Made by a program: the position numbers and the translations under genes. The notes under the pieces are model-generated. The model had not been told where the DNA came from. It was given only the letters and a program-made list of their open reading frames with translations, and did not search any database. 54,814 bases of DNA from assembly GCA_043806595.1 (NCBI GenBank), contig JAZDGU010000051.1, positions 1-54,814 on the forward strand, read 5' to 3'. The DNA comes from Candidatus Micrarchaeota archaeon. GTDB taxonomy: Archaea > Micrarchaeota > Micrarchaeia > Norongarragalinales > SBBD01. Positions 9,601 through 17,288 of this stretch are shown here, piece by piece; positions within the stretch are counted from its first letter, which is position 1, and every line of letters starts with the position of its first letter.

Positions 9601-12600
9601 TCCATTCGCTCGCAGTAGGTCGGGGCCATGGTCCAGCTGCGGTCCGCGGAGACATTGATTTCTAGGCTCATGTTGTGCGCGGGGGCGTTCGAGGAATTGA
9701 CGCAGAGGGAGCCGGGGGTGGAGCCGGGGTCGTTGTAGAGGGGGACCGAGACGTTGATGAGGACCGTCGTGTTCTCGTTGGGTGCGAGGCTGGACACGTT
9801 GCCCTGCAGCACGACGACGAAGTTCGGGTAGGCGGAAAGCGCGTAGGTCAGGCCGAGGGCGTCGTCGTTGCCGGTGCTGCTCACGGAGAAGTTGGCTATG
9901 GTCGTCGTGTTGCCGTGCGTCGCGTTCGCGCTGATGTTTGCGGGAACGACGGTGAGCACGGGGTTTGACGTGACGTTGACGTAGAGGGGAGTGGTGTTGC
10001 CAGCGGCGCCCGTCTCGGGGTCTACCCACTCGATCGTGACGTTCACCGTGAAGTTGCCCGGTCGCGTCGCCTCGAGCACGGTCAGGAGGAAGCGCGCGCT
10101 GCAGTTCTCCGTCAGGTTGAGGGTCCCGCACTCGAAGAGGGTGGAGTTGGCGGAGAAGTTGGCCGGGAGGGAAAGGGTGAGGTTCACGTTGAAGCCGGTC
10201 ATGTTGCCGGGGTTGCTCGTGTTGGCCTCTAGGACGAAGGTGTTGTTCTGGGACTGGGTGATGTTCGTCGTCAGGTGGGTTCCGGGGTAGATGGCGATGG
10301 TGAGGTTCGTGCCCGAGACGCCGATGACGAGCGTGATGTTGCTGTAGCCGGCGTTCGCCGTCGAGACGTTGAGCGTGCCGGTGAAGTTGCCCGTCGGGTG
10401 CCCGGCCGGGGCGGTGACGTTGATTGCGACGGCCTCGCTAGACCCTGCGGCTAAGGTGGAGAAGTTCGGCGGCGAGAAGGTTATGTAAAAGGTGCCCAGC
10501 CCGGTCACCTCGAAGGACACGTTCTGCAGGGGGTCGTTGCCGAGGCTGGAGACGTTGAAGGCGCCGAACGCCTTCTCGACCCCTGCTGCGACGTAGCTGA
10601 AGAGGAACGACTCGGTGACGTTCATTATCGGGTTCGTCAGCACCGAGACGTTTGCGGTCGTGAGGTTGGAGGAGCCGGTGCCGTCCGGGTTCCCCCATTC
10701 CGCCGAGGCGTTGATGGAGTAGTTGCCCGAGGCCGTGGCATTGGGTATGGTCACGAGGAAGGCGGCATCGCAGCTGCCTCCAACGCTCACGTTTCCGCAA
10801 GAAAAAATGGTCGAGTTCGCGCTCCAGCCCGCGGGGAGCTGGAGGGTAATGTTGGCCGTCACGGCGGTGCCGTTGCCCGAGTTGTTCGAGTACACGAAGA
10901 GGACGTAGGACTCGTTCTGCGCCTGCGTGATGTTGCTCGCGTTGTAGAGGCCGGGGGACACCGAGACGGTCATGTTCGTCTTGGCCGATTCCACGGTGAA
11001 GTTGCCCTCGCCCTCGCCGAAGTTCCCCAGTAGCGTCGCGTTGCAGAGCACGGCGTACGAGCCGTACTGCAGCGGCGCGGTGAAGCTGACGATGTAGGTG
11101 CCGTTGTTGAAGTCGTACGTCGCGGTCGGCGTATAGTTGCAGGAGACCGCGGCGCCCGCGAGCGCGGTGTCCTTGCGGAAGTTGCGCACGTAGAGCGAGG
11201 CGTTCACGGTGAAGCCCGCTATCGCTACGGCGTTGAGCACAGTAGTATTGACCGCGAGCACGTCTGTGACGTTGAACTGGTGGGTGTCAAAGCCGAGGTA
11301 GAGCGCGCTGGCGTCCCACGCGGTCGCGTTGACCGTCCACGGCGCCGAAATGTTTGCCGACGCGGGAAGCGTGAAGTTATTCGTGAAAACGCGGTCGCCG
11401 GCGGCCGCATCACCGTGCGTGCCGTCGTCGTAGAGGGAAAGGGCGTAGTCGTCGGAGGCGTCGGCGGGGGTGGCGTTGTCTATGCTGGCGTTGATGGAAC
11501 TGGCCAGGCCGTAGGCGTCGGAGACAACCGTGGCGTACACTACGACGGTCTCGTTGCGGTTGTAATGGGCGTGCGAGGTGTTCGCAACGATTGTGACGTT
11601 CCAGCGTTCCGCCGTCTCAGTGACGTTCTCGCGGTACTGCCAAGAAGCCATGAAGAGTTGGAAGGCAGTTGAGTCTCCTTGGAAAGCATCGAATTTGGTA
11701 ATAGTCTCATCAACAATACTGGTTTCCGCAGGAATAGTTGTCCAATTCAAATTTACTCCCAATCGTTTATACGCGGGGCTATTGATTACACTGAAATTGT
11801 CTGACCCGGATTCGTTTAAATGAACCATTCCAACCTCATAACTTGCCCCGGGTGGCTGTGCCTGAATCCATGAAAACGGATCCGTTGAATTGCCAAAATA
11901 CTGGTACAGCGGCCCAAACCCGCGAGGAAAAGGCGCACCAATATCAAACCCGACTGCCCCACCATCAAGCGAACTGCGATTAACCGGAGTTGAGGCAGTG
12001 TAATTAAGGTAAATTTTAACCCAAGGAGAATTTTGGTAAAAACGATATCGCTTGATCATTTGCCCGATATTGGTAAAATTGAGTGGATCGTTCCAGTATG
12101 TCTCGTTACCAGAGAGGATAACTGAAAGTCTAACTGGCCCCTGCACGATTTGCAGGTTGCCGGTGAAGTTGAATGTGAGGTTGTGCGCGCCGTCGCTTAG
12201 CTGAGTGTATTCCGAGGTCACATCAGTTGGGTCATTATCGAAAAGGGTGTTGAATACTGGAGGGACGCGGCTAATGACTCGAAACAAACCGGAGGAATTT
12301 TCACCCCTAGCCGTGTCTATTCCAAACTCCCAGGCGGTGTTATTAATTGTAATTTCCGTTCCGGATACTGAGAAATTGATGGCAGTTAGCGGGTAGTTCG
12401 GCGCGACCTTAAAACCGTAGTACGTCTCGTCGAAGTAGACGTAGAAGAGCCTGCTAGTGTTCGCCGCAGTCGTGCCATTAAGGCTAAACACGAGGGTGCC
12501 CAGCGCGTTGCCGTAGGCGTTGTACCCGGGAAGGACATCGAACTGCGACGGCACCTCCCACTTGATGCCCCCGCTGGAGTTGTACTCGAAGACGCGCACA

Positions 12601-12836
12601 CTGTTGTTGTCAAAGGAGGTGCCGCTGAAGTTCAGCTGCCGAAGGAGGTCAGTGAAGTTGAGGTCTCTCTCCACCACCCACTCGACGCGGTCGTAGTTGG
12701 TCGCGTTGATGTCGAGCTTGAGGCGGTAGTGCCATGTGTTGTTGTACCACTCGTCGACCGCAGCCGCATTTTGTGAAAAGGGGAGTAACAATAGTAGGAG
12801 TATTAGTAGACCCTTCCTGCGGTAACCCAATGCCAC
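6660..12836 (-). CDS. Giant (~2058 aa) membrane-anchored surface glycoprotein
   Basis: Signal peptide (M)ALGYRRKGLLILLLLLLPFSQNAAA (GTG 12836). N-terminal WYNNTWHYRL (DUF2341-like start); LYDDGTHGDAAAGDRVFT (choice-of-anchor X-like); NEW3/CARDB-like repeats (NSGNGTA..NITLQLPAGWS); PT linker; coiled coil; TM helix; SHOCT-like tail GVISQNAYRELR. Very dense N-x-S/T sequons. Confidence 0.9.
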   Translation of the reverse strand: MALGYRRKGLLILLLLLLPFSQNAAAVDEWYNNTWHYRLKLDINATNYDRVEWVVERDLNFTDLLRQLNFSGTSFDNNSVRVFEYNSSGGIKWEVPSQFDVLPGYNAYGNALGTLVFSLNGTTAANTSRLFYVYFDETYYGFKVAPNYPLTAINFSVSGTEITINNTAWEFGIDTARGENSSGLFRVISRVPPVFNTLFDNDPTDVTSEYTQLSDGAHNLTFNFTGNLQIVQGPVRLSVILSGNETYWNDPLNFTNIGQMIKRYRFYQNSPWVKIYLNYTASTPVNRSSLDGGAVGFDIGAPFPRGFGPLYQYFGNSTDPFSWIQAQPPGASYEVGMVHLNESGSDNFSVINSPAYKRLGVNLNWTTIPAETSIVDETITKFDAFQGDSTAFQLFMASWQYRENVTETAERWNVTIVANTSHAHYNRNETVVVYATVVSDAYGLASSINASIDNATPADASDDYALSLYDDGTHGDAAAGDRVFTNNFTLPASANISAPWTVNATAWDASALYLGFDTHQFNVTDVLAVNTTVLNAVAIAGFTVNASLYVRNFRKDTALAGAAVSCNYTPTATYDFNNGTYIVSFTAPLQYGSYAVLCNATLLGNFGEGEGNFTVESAKTNMTVSVSPGLYNASNITQAQNESYVLFVYSNNSGNGTAVTANITLQLPAGWSANSTIFSCGNVSVGGSCDAAFLVTIPNATASGNYSINASAEWGNPDGTGSSNLTTANVSVLTNPIMNVTESFLFSYVAAGVEKAFGAFNVSSLGNDPLQNVSFEVTGLGTFYITFSPPNFSTLAAGSSEAVAINVTAPAGHPTGNFTGTLNVSTANAGYSNITLVIGVSGTNLTIAIYPGTHLTTNITQSQNNTFVLEANTSNPGNMTGFNVNLTLSLPANFSANSTLFECGTLNLTENCSARFLLTVLEATRPGNFTVNVTIEWVDPETGAAGNTTPLYVNVTSNPVLTVVPANISANATHGNTTTIANFSVSSTGNDDALGLTYALSAYPNFVVVLQGNVSSLAPNENTTVLINVSVPLYNDPGSTPGSLCVNSSNAPAHNMSLEINVSADRSWTMAPTYCERMESPDTGSVCEVFVNNTGNTYINFTIDPQSANHSSLNVSALNLSKFGNYRLLVSYDVSGFPKINYTANFTFNVTDAGGTPASRILAILLYPFGSLPVSILVTPNQTAQLGSVTVYGNVTDSNLVGMANMTLIVTDPAGNVSTNNMTLIASNGTYFQYSSTFPNLTGSIVHRGNYTVTIIATDSILVEGNATSSFTTYAVLVVTLDTFADTYYMTDSGVTASIYYRVREAANTTLYPVNVSLSVVSPSNLTLLRQNYTVGPSGVIENPVPSVNIPPDQPIGNYTMTSFSEYYDGNASLVVNDTSSSEFEVLPSQQGNVTFTGLLADVSAGDIWTAGQTPRVVVSVFDVNGTPVDPDSLNITVLAPNDTVFANYSLENFTRHGAGAYSLELFPITANTTSGVFLVVMAASKAEYTARRLTYFRVAASVLADVQTTVVWYPQSVMQFDIVVRASDGMPLDPDSLNLTVYDPANAIYLQANISSMTKQSPGFYIYRYAMPLNTATGAYLAYINTSVQGMVTQAIHPFRVAAGGPYDVRLELLENEVPQGDYLDFRIIVSNMGEVTQDVGLEYWVEDLGGNSWYYATEAVLVARGQEVQLLRSAFIYTSQPPAQYKLKLKMTYDLVQAPIYANASFLVTPPGAPTATPAASAPPTGGQIIPINATPSPPSAATSIASPTAGVNVTQLTIVSTPDEIVAESGDTKYIRIDARNDGLTALHNLTLLLSGVPLTWLEIRPSRINALSSGGIGNFVVKLNIPKSEKTGVRVIRAMVTADEAQDERSFNLVIFESRAALVEYELQRTEERLRKLAKDAKEADAVGKDVTQVLALIEEATSYKNLARDQLRREQLDDALSSLKMASVSIAKATTLLAQAKFRGQPYAGIPWYYLAVIVFVAAAAGFLLYFLYRKRRHKKDQPSLAAPAPPPKPLDQKDVNDLQAEKEKILRVMRLLEDELHQGVISQNAYRELRKRNERQLESIQKRLKDAG

Positions 12837-12878
12837 GGCCAACCCTACAAAACCCGAAAGGGAAATACATCGGGGGCC

Positions 12879-12885
12879 TTTATAA
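12879..12885. promoter_or_regulatory. TATA box between divergent surface-protein genes
   Basis: TTTATAA in the 106-nt gap between starts 12836(-) and 12943(+). Confidence 0.5.
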
Positions 12886-12942
12886 GGATTCCCGGGAGAT
12901 GTAATAGTAAGATAATAAACTGGGGGCAATCTGGTGATTAAA

Positions 12943-15900
12943 ATGAAAAAGTTTGCTCTATTTTTTTTCATTTTGCCTTCATTAATTATCGCACTACCAA
13001 TTGGATTCGAAAAGTGGGAAAACGGCACAGCATGGGGGGTACTTTGGAACAATCATACAGAAAAAAACACGTATTATTATCAAGATGGATTGACCAGCGT
13101 GTCCAACATTCCCGGCCAATGGTGGGAAAAGCGAAGCTGGGGAATCACATGGGGAACGTCCATACAAAACTTGATGAACAACCGGATTGAAACATCGAAT
13201 TTAACGAATTGGAGTTATGAAAATCAAACCGATGGCGTGCAATACGTTTACGTAACCGCCCAGAAGAACTTTACCCTAATGGGAAGAAATGTGCATGCAA
13301 CCAAAACGGCGGTCCTAAGCAATTATCCTTCTTCCAATAGCATCGAAGAAACCTATTTACTTAAACTGAGTGACGGTAATCCGGTCTCCAACATATGGTT
13401 CTACCAACGTTCTCACAATCTCGACATCGGCGGAAACAACGATTCCAACGACATGCTTTCCATCGGATATCTCGGTGCGGGGGAAACATGGATTAACCTA
13501 TCAGACGTAACAAGTATCCAAGTTTACGACGGCTCAACCTTTGAATATGCGCGTTTATTTTTCCTTGATTCGCAATCGCTACAAAATATGGATTTTGTAG
13601 TCGACAACACAAGCGAATGGAAAATTATAATCACACCCGATGCTCCTCGGGCTCAAATAATTTTCGCGGTTAAAGCAGGCTCATTCTATTCTGGCGAAAC
13701 AAAATCATTAACCACGTATTGGACTGATAACGAACAACGCATCGGATGCGCGTATCAAATTTCCCATGTTAACACCTACGTTAACAACTCGGAACCTAAC
13801 ACTGAAATCAATACAAGCATGGGATGTGGCTATTCATTCACTCAGCCTCAAATCGGTTCATGCTCAGTCTATTGGGATTACTTCAAGCAGGAGGAAGACG
13901 TTCCAGCTACGTACTACAAAATCACCGCAAACTATCATTCCGGCAATGTGAATAACAGCGTCCCTCGAATCTCCGATGGCTCCGCAAACCCGCTCGCATT
14001 TGGATCCAATATCATAAAATCGAAGAACGTGACTCTTGGACGACAAGACCAGAGATTTGAAAGCAACCAAAGCTGGGGGGGATGCTATGTATCGGGAGTT
14101 ACGGACTACCAATGGTTTTGGATTGCGCATGATGTAACAGCACCCCTGGCCTATGCAAATTATACAAATGAATGGTACCCCGACACGGTAAACTTGACAT
14201 GCTGGGGGCAGGACAATACAAAACTCGAGAAACTTGAACTTTGGGGAAATTGGAGCAGCTGGTCAGGAAAAGAAAATAAGACTTTTGACGCCGTATACAC
14301 GGGGTCAGCGAATTTCAACGTTTCGAACTTAACACCGGGTGCATATACTTGGAACTGTAAGGCGTATGATACCGCATATAACTCAAGTTTCAATAATACC
14401 AACGGCACATTCTATGTTCCAGAAACACCGTTAGTTGAGGCAATTTACCCAGAAAACAATACAGTCATAGGCGATTTATCTTCTAATTTTACGTGCAATG
14501 CTACGGATGCGTACGGGCTTGAAAAGATCAGCCTATTCGGTGACTTCTTCGGAGATTGGCAAGTAATTCAAACAAATTCGAGTCCAATAAACAACAGCAT
14601 AACCAATTTCACTGTTGCAGGAATCTGGTCGGGTTTACATAAATGGAGTTGCTTTGCAGAGAATATACACAATGCTACCGCACTTAGTTCAAATAATACA
14701 ATAAGAAGTAGTCAACCCTGCGGCGCAATAAACAAAAGTGCAATTCTTTATCAAAATGTGAGTAGCTCTGGGACATGCTATTCAATTATTGAAAACAACA
14801 TAGTGTTAGATTGTAACGGTTTCACCATTAATTATTCAACAAGCGCAGGCTCGGGGCATCCGGGAATCCGGTGGAACGGAAACGACAACATAACCATAGT
14901 GAATTGTACAATAAACGAGGGATCAATTAGCTCGAACAGTGGAGGAATTGACCTCGAATTTTCAAACGATAGCAAGATAATAAATAACAAAATAATTACG
15001 CAAGGATTGGATTCACACGGAATGGTTGGAAGTAACGTAAATTTTATCGAAATCGGTAACAATAGTATAAATTGTACTGGCTCTTCTTCGGGCATGTTCT
15101 TAGAAAGCTTCAAAAGTGGAGAGAGTCACGATAATACAATTGCAGCTGGAGAAAGAGCAGTAATACTAATACACGATGGTAGTGGTCAAAGCTCCGACAA
15201 TGTTTTTGAACGAGATAAATACGATGGAAAGCAAAACGGGATTACAATCCAGGGGGGAAGTAATAATTCATTCCAAGACAGTGCAATTACATATTGTAAG
15301 ACGGGATGTTCTGGCCAGTATGCGGACATAGAACTTTCTGCTAATTCGGGTAATAATAATTTCCTAAATTCGAGCTTAAATCAAAGCTCAATTGTCTTTG
15401 GATCCGGGACAAATAACATAACAATCGAATGGTATCTCGACATCTCGGTCACTGGCGAGGAGTTAAATGATAACGATTCCGGTTTAGTTAGCTTGTGGCA
15501 TATGAATGAAGGATCGGGGCAGCTAGTATCCGATTCCAGTGGGAACAATAATACCGGCGTACTCGGAAACGGCACCGACACTCAAGGTATAGATCCAAAT
15601 TGGATGCAAGGAGTATACTACACTGGATTGAATATGAATGCAACTGGAAAAGTGAAGGTTAATGGAACACTCGAACTAGCTCCAAGAGACAATTTAACAC
15701 TCGAAACGTGGGCTAAAGTAACTAGAAACGATACAAGCGATTTGGGCGCATTAATAACAAAATATTACGAGATTACTACTCCAAGAAACGCCACGTACTT
15801 TTTGGGTACTTACGGCAATACGTTGATGTTCGCAGTATATGGAGATACGGTGCATATGGGCATGCAAGGTTTTATCAATTGGTCTCTTCGCGATGGCAAA

Positions 15901-16446
15901 TGGCATCACATAGTTGCGGTATATGGTTTTGACAACGTAACTCCGACAATGGGGCTTTTTGTCGATGGAAAAGCAGATAAACAATTCAACATCGGACCCG
16001 GGCATTTAGCGAATAGTTCCGGAGTCGATGTGTACATAGGGGCTTGCGCGCAATCTCCTGGCTGCCAAACCGAATCAGTCTTCGCGGGAATTCAGGATGA
16101 AGTCGCTATCTACAACCGAACTAAAAATGGAACAGAAGTGCTGAACGATTACATGAATGGAAGAATCGCAAATGCGACCGTGAATGTCACAGATTCATTG
16201 AATTCAACGAATTACAACAACCTACAAACGAATGACGACGGGCTTACGGGATACATAAAAATACGGGAACTATTTGCAAATGGCTCATTCAATTACGATG
16301 GAGGATGTGTTAATCAAGCTAACCTGCAGTGCAACTCGCCAATAACCATATCTGCTGAAAAGGACGCAAACTATTCAATCAATCAAACGATTTTGAACAT
16401 ATCAAAAACAAATAGAATTCGATTGGTTCTTCCATTCATAGGGTAA
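12943..16446 (+). CDS. Low-GC secreted adhesin-like protein: Ig-like repeats, parallel beta-helix, LamG-like domain
   Basis: SD GGTGA then MKKFALFFFILPSLIIA; two Cys/Trp repeats (LTC..D..LEK..L.G..W..W.C.A); NNIVLDCNGFTI followed by beta-helix repeats; LamG signature GLVSLWHMNEG..DGKWHHIVAVY..FVDG..DEVAIYNR. Sampled line 14701 is 37% GC. Confidence 0.9.
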   Translation: MKKFALFFFILPSLIIALPIGFEKWENGTAWGVLWNNHTEKNTYYYQDGLTSVSNIPGQWWEKRSWGITWGTSIQNLMNNRIETSNLTNWSYENQTDGVQYVYVTAQKNFTLMGRNVHATKTAVLSNYPSSNSIEETYLLKLSDGNPVSNIWFYQRSHNLDIGGNNDSNDMLSIGYLGAGETWINLSDVTSIQVYDGSTFEYARLFFLDSQSLQNMDFVVDNTSEWKIIITPDAPRAQIIFAVKAGSFYSGETKSLTTYWTDNEQRIGCAYQISHVNTYVNNSEPNTEINTSMGCGYSFTQPQIGSCSVYWDYFKQEEDVPATYYKITANYHSGNVNNSVPRISDGSANPLAFGSNIIKSKNVTLGRQDQRFESNQSWGGCYVSGVTDYQWFWIAHDVTAPLAYANYTNEWYPDTVNLTCWGQDNTKLEKLELWGNWSSWSGKENKTFDAVYTGSANFNVSNLTPGAYTWNCKAYDTAYNSSFNNTNGTFYVPETPLVEAIYPENNTVIGDLSSNFTCNATDAYGLEKISLFGDFFGDWQVIQTNSSPINNSITNFTVAGIWSGLHKWSCFAENIHNATALSSNNTIRSSQPCGAINKSAILYQNVSSSGTCYSIIENNIVLDCNGFTINYSTSAGSGHPGIRWNGNDNITIVNCTINEGSISSNSGGIDLEFSNDSKIINNKIITQGLDSHGMVGSNVNFIEIGNNSINCTGSSSGMFLESFKSGESHDNTIAAGERAVILIHDGSGQSSDNVFERDKYDGKQNGITIQGGSNNSFQDSAITYCKTGCSGQYADIELSANSGNNNFLNSSLNQSSIVFGSGTNNITIEWYLDISVTGEELNDNDSGLVSLWHMNEGSGQLVSDSSGNNNTGVLGNGTDTQGIDPNWMQGVYYTGLNMNATGKVKVNGTLELAPRDNLTLETWAKVTRNDTSDLGALITKYYEITTPRNATYFLGTYGNTLMFAVYGDTVHMGMQGFINWSLRDGKWHHIVAVYGFDNVTPTMGLFVDGKADKQFNIGPGHLANSSGVDVYIGACAQSPGCQTESVFAGIQDEVAIYNRTKNGTEVLNDYMNGRIANATVNVTDSLNSTNYNNLQTNDDGLTGYIKIRELFANGSFNYDGGCVNQANLQCNSPITISAEKDANYSINQTILNISKTNRIRLVLPFIG

Positions 16447-16450
16447 GCAC

Positions 16451-16678
16451 ATGAGTTTAGCAGGTACGCTAAAGGACCTCGTGCTCGGGACGAGCGCGTA
16501 CTCGCACGTGAACAAGAAGAACGAGACTTACTGGCTGCACAGCATGAGGTCGCACAACGTGACAATCTACTTCTTCTCGAAAAAGGAGGACAACGCGATT
16601 CCCCTGCCCAAGGGCTTCTTTGTCGTGGAGAACGAGAAGACCGCGCTGCCCGTCCTCAAGAAGGAGATGACGAAGTAG
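16451..16678 (+). CDS. Small basic conserved hypothetical protein (75 aa)
   Basis: Native codon usage. AYSHVNKKNETYWLH..TIYFFSK..LPKGFFVVENEKTALPVLKK resembles a small uncharacterised family I recall from archaea and bacteria (not searched). Confidence 0.8.
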   Translation: MSLAGTLKDLVLGTSAYSHVNKKNETYWLHSMRSHNVTIYFFSKKEDNAIPLPKGFFVVENEKTALPVLKKEMTK

Positions 16679-16790
16679 CCGGAGCGGCAGCGCGCCAAGG
16701 CAAGGGTCATTCCTGCTGCACAATGCCGCAAGCCTGCGGAAAAAAGCGTCGCCAAGCGTGACGGGGAAGGCTTGGAAACGGCAAAAAAGC

Positions 16791-17203
16791 CATACCGGTA
16801 AAGTATGTAAAACCGCGTTTCCAGCTGTTCCACGAGCGAAAACGAACTTGTCCGGAAGGCACCGGAAGCGCCTGAAAAGGGGTGTCCGGAGCGCGATGGC
16901 CCGATAGCCGGACCCTGCCGCCAACACCGTAGGGGTGTGCTGGCCGGCCGGGGGGGCCGTTTTGTATCGTTAACTGTTTCCGTCCCGAATCGACCCCCTC
17001 CAGCATACCAATCAAGTATGGGGCACTCACATTCACTCATGAAGACGATAAGGCGTCTTGAAGGAAATCGGCATGACAAAGGGACGGTGCAAGGCCGCCT
17101 GCAGCGCCAATATGCGCCGAAAAGCCGCACAATGCGGAAAACAGTTCCCATCGCCGCCCGCGGCATGGGGGTTTTGCACGGATATCCATACCAACTCGGT
17201 ATA
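16791..17203. repeat. Three copies of a 17-bp palindrome CATAC-N7-GTAT(G/A)
   Basis: 16791-16807 CATACcggtaaaGTATG; 17004-17020 CATACcaatcaaGTATG; 17187-17203 CATACcaactcgGTATA. Confidence 0.75.
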
Positions 17204-17288
17204 TCACGAGTAGGAACGCGCTTTGGGGGCCGTTCCTGCGTCCGCAGCGGAACCCCGGCCGGCGAGGGGTTAAAAACAACGCGCCCGC

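Noticed and set aside
12837..13052. 5' extension of the 2130-aa ORF
   Set aside because: It overlaps the divergent gene and promoter; the signal peptide begins at GTG 12836.
11640..16446. Diversity-generating retroelement behind the variable surface genes
   Set aside because: No reverse transcriptase and no template/variable repeat pair with adenine-specific mismatches seen.
16810..16868. Resemblance to the DEAD-box leader (AAACCGCG.., CTTGTC(C)GGAAGGCA at 30394-30425)
   Set aside because: Short gapped matches in GC-rich DNA; cannot be told from chance by eye.
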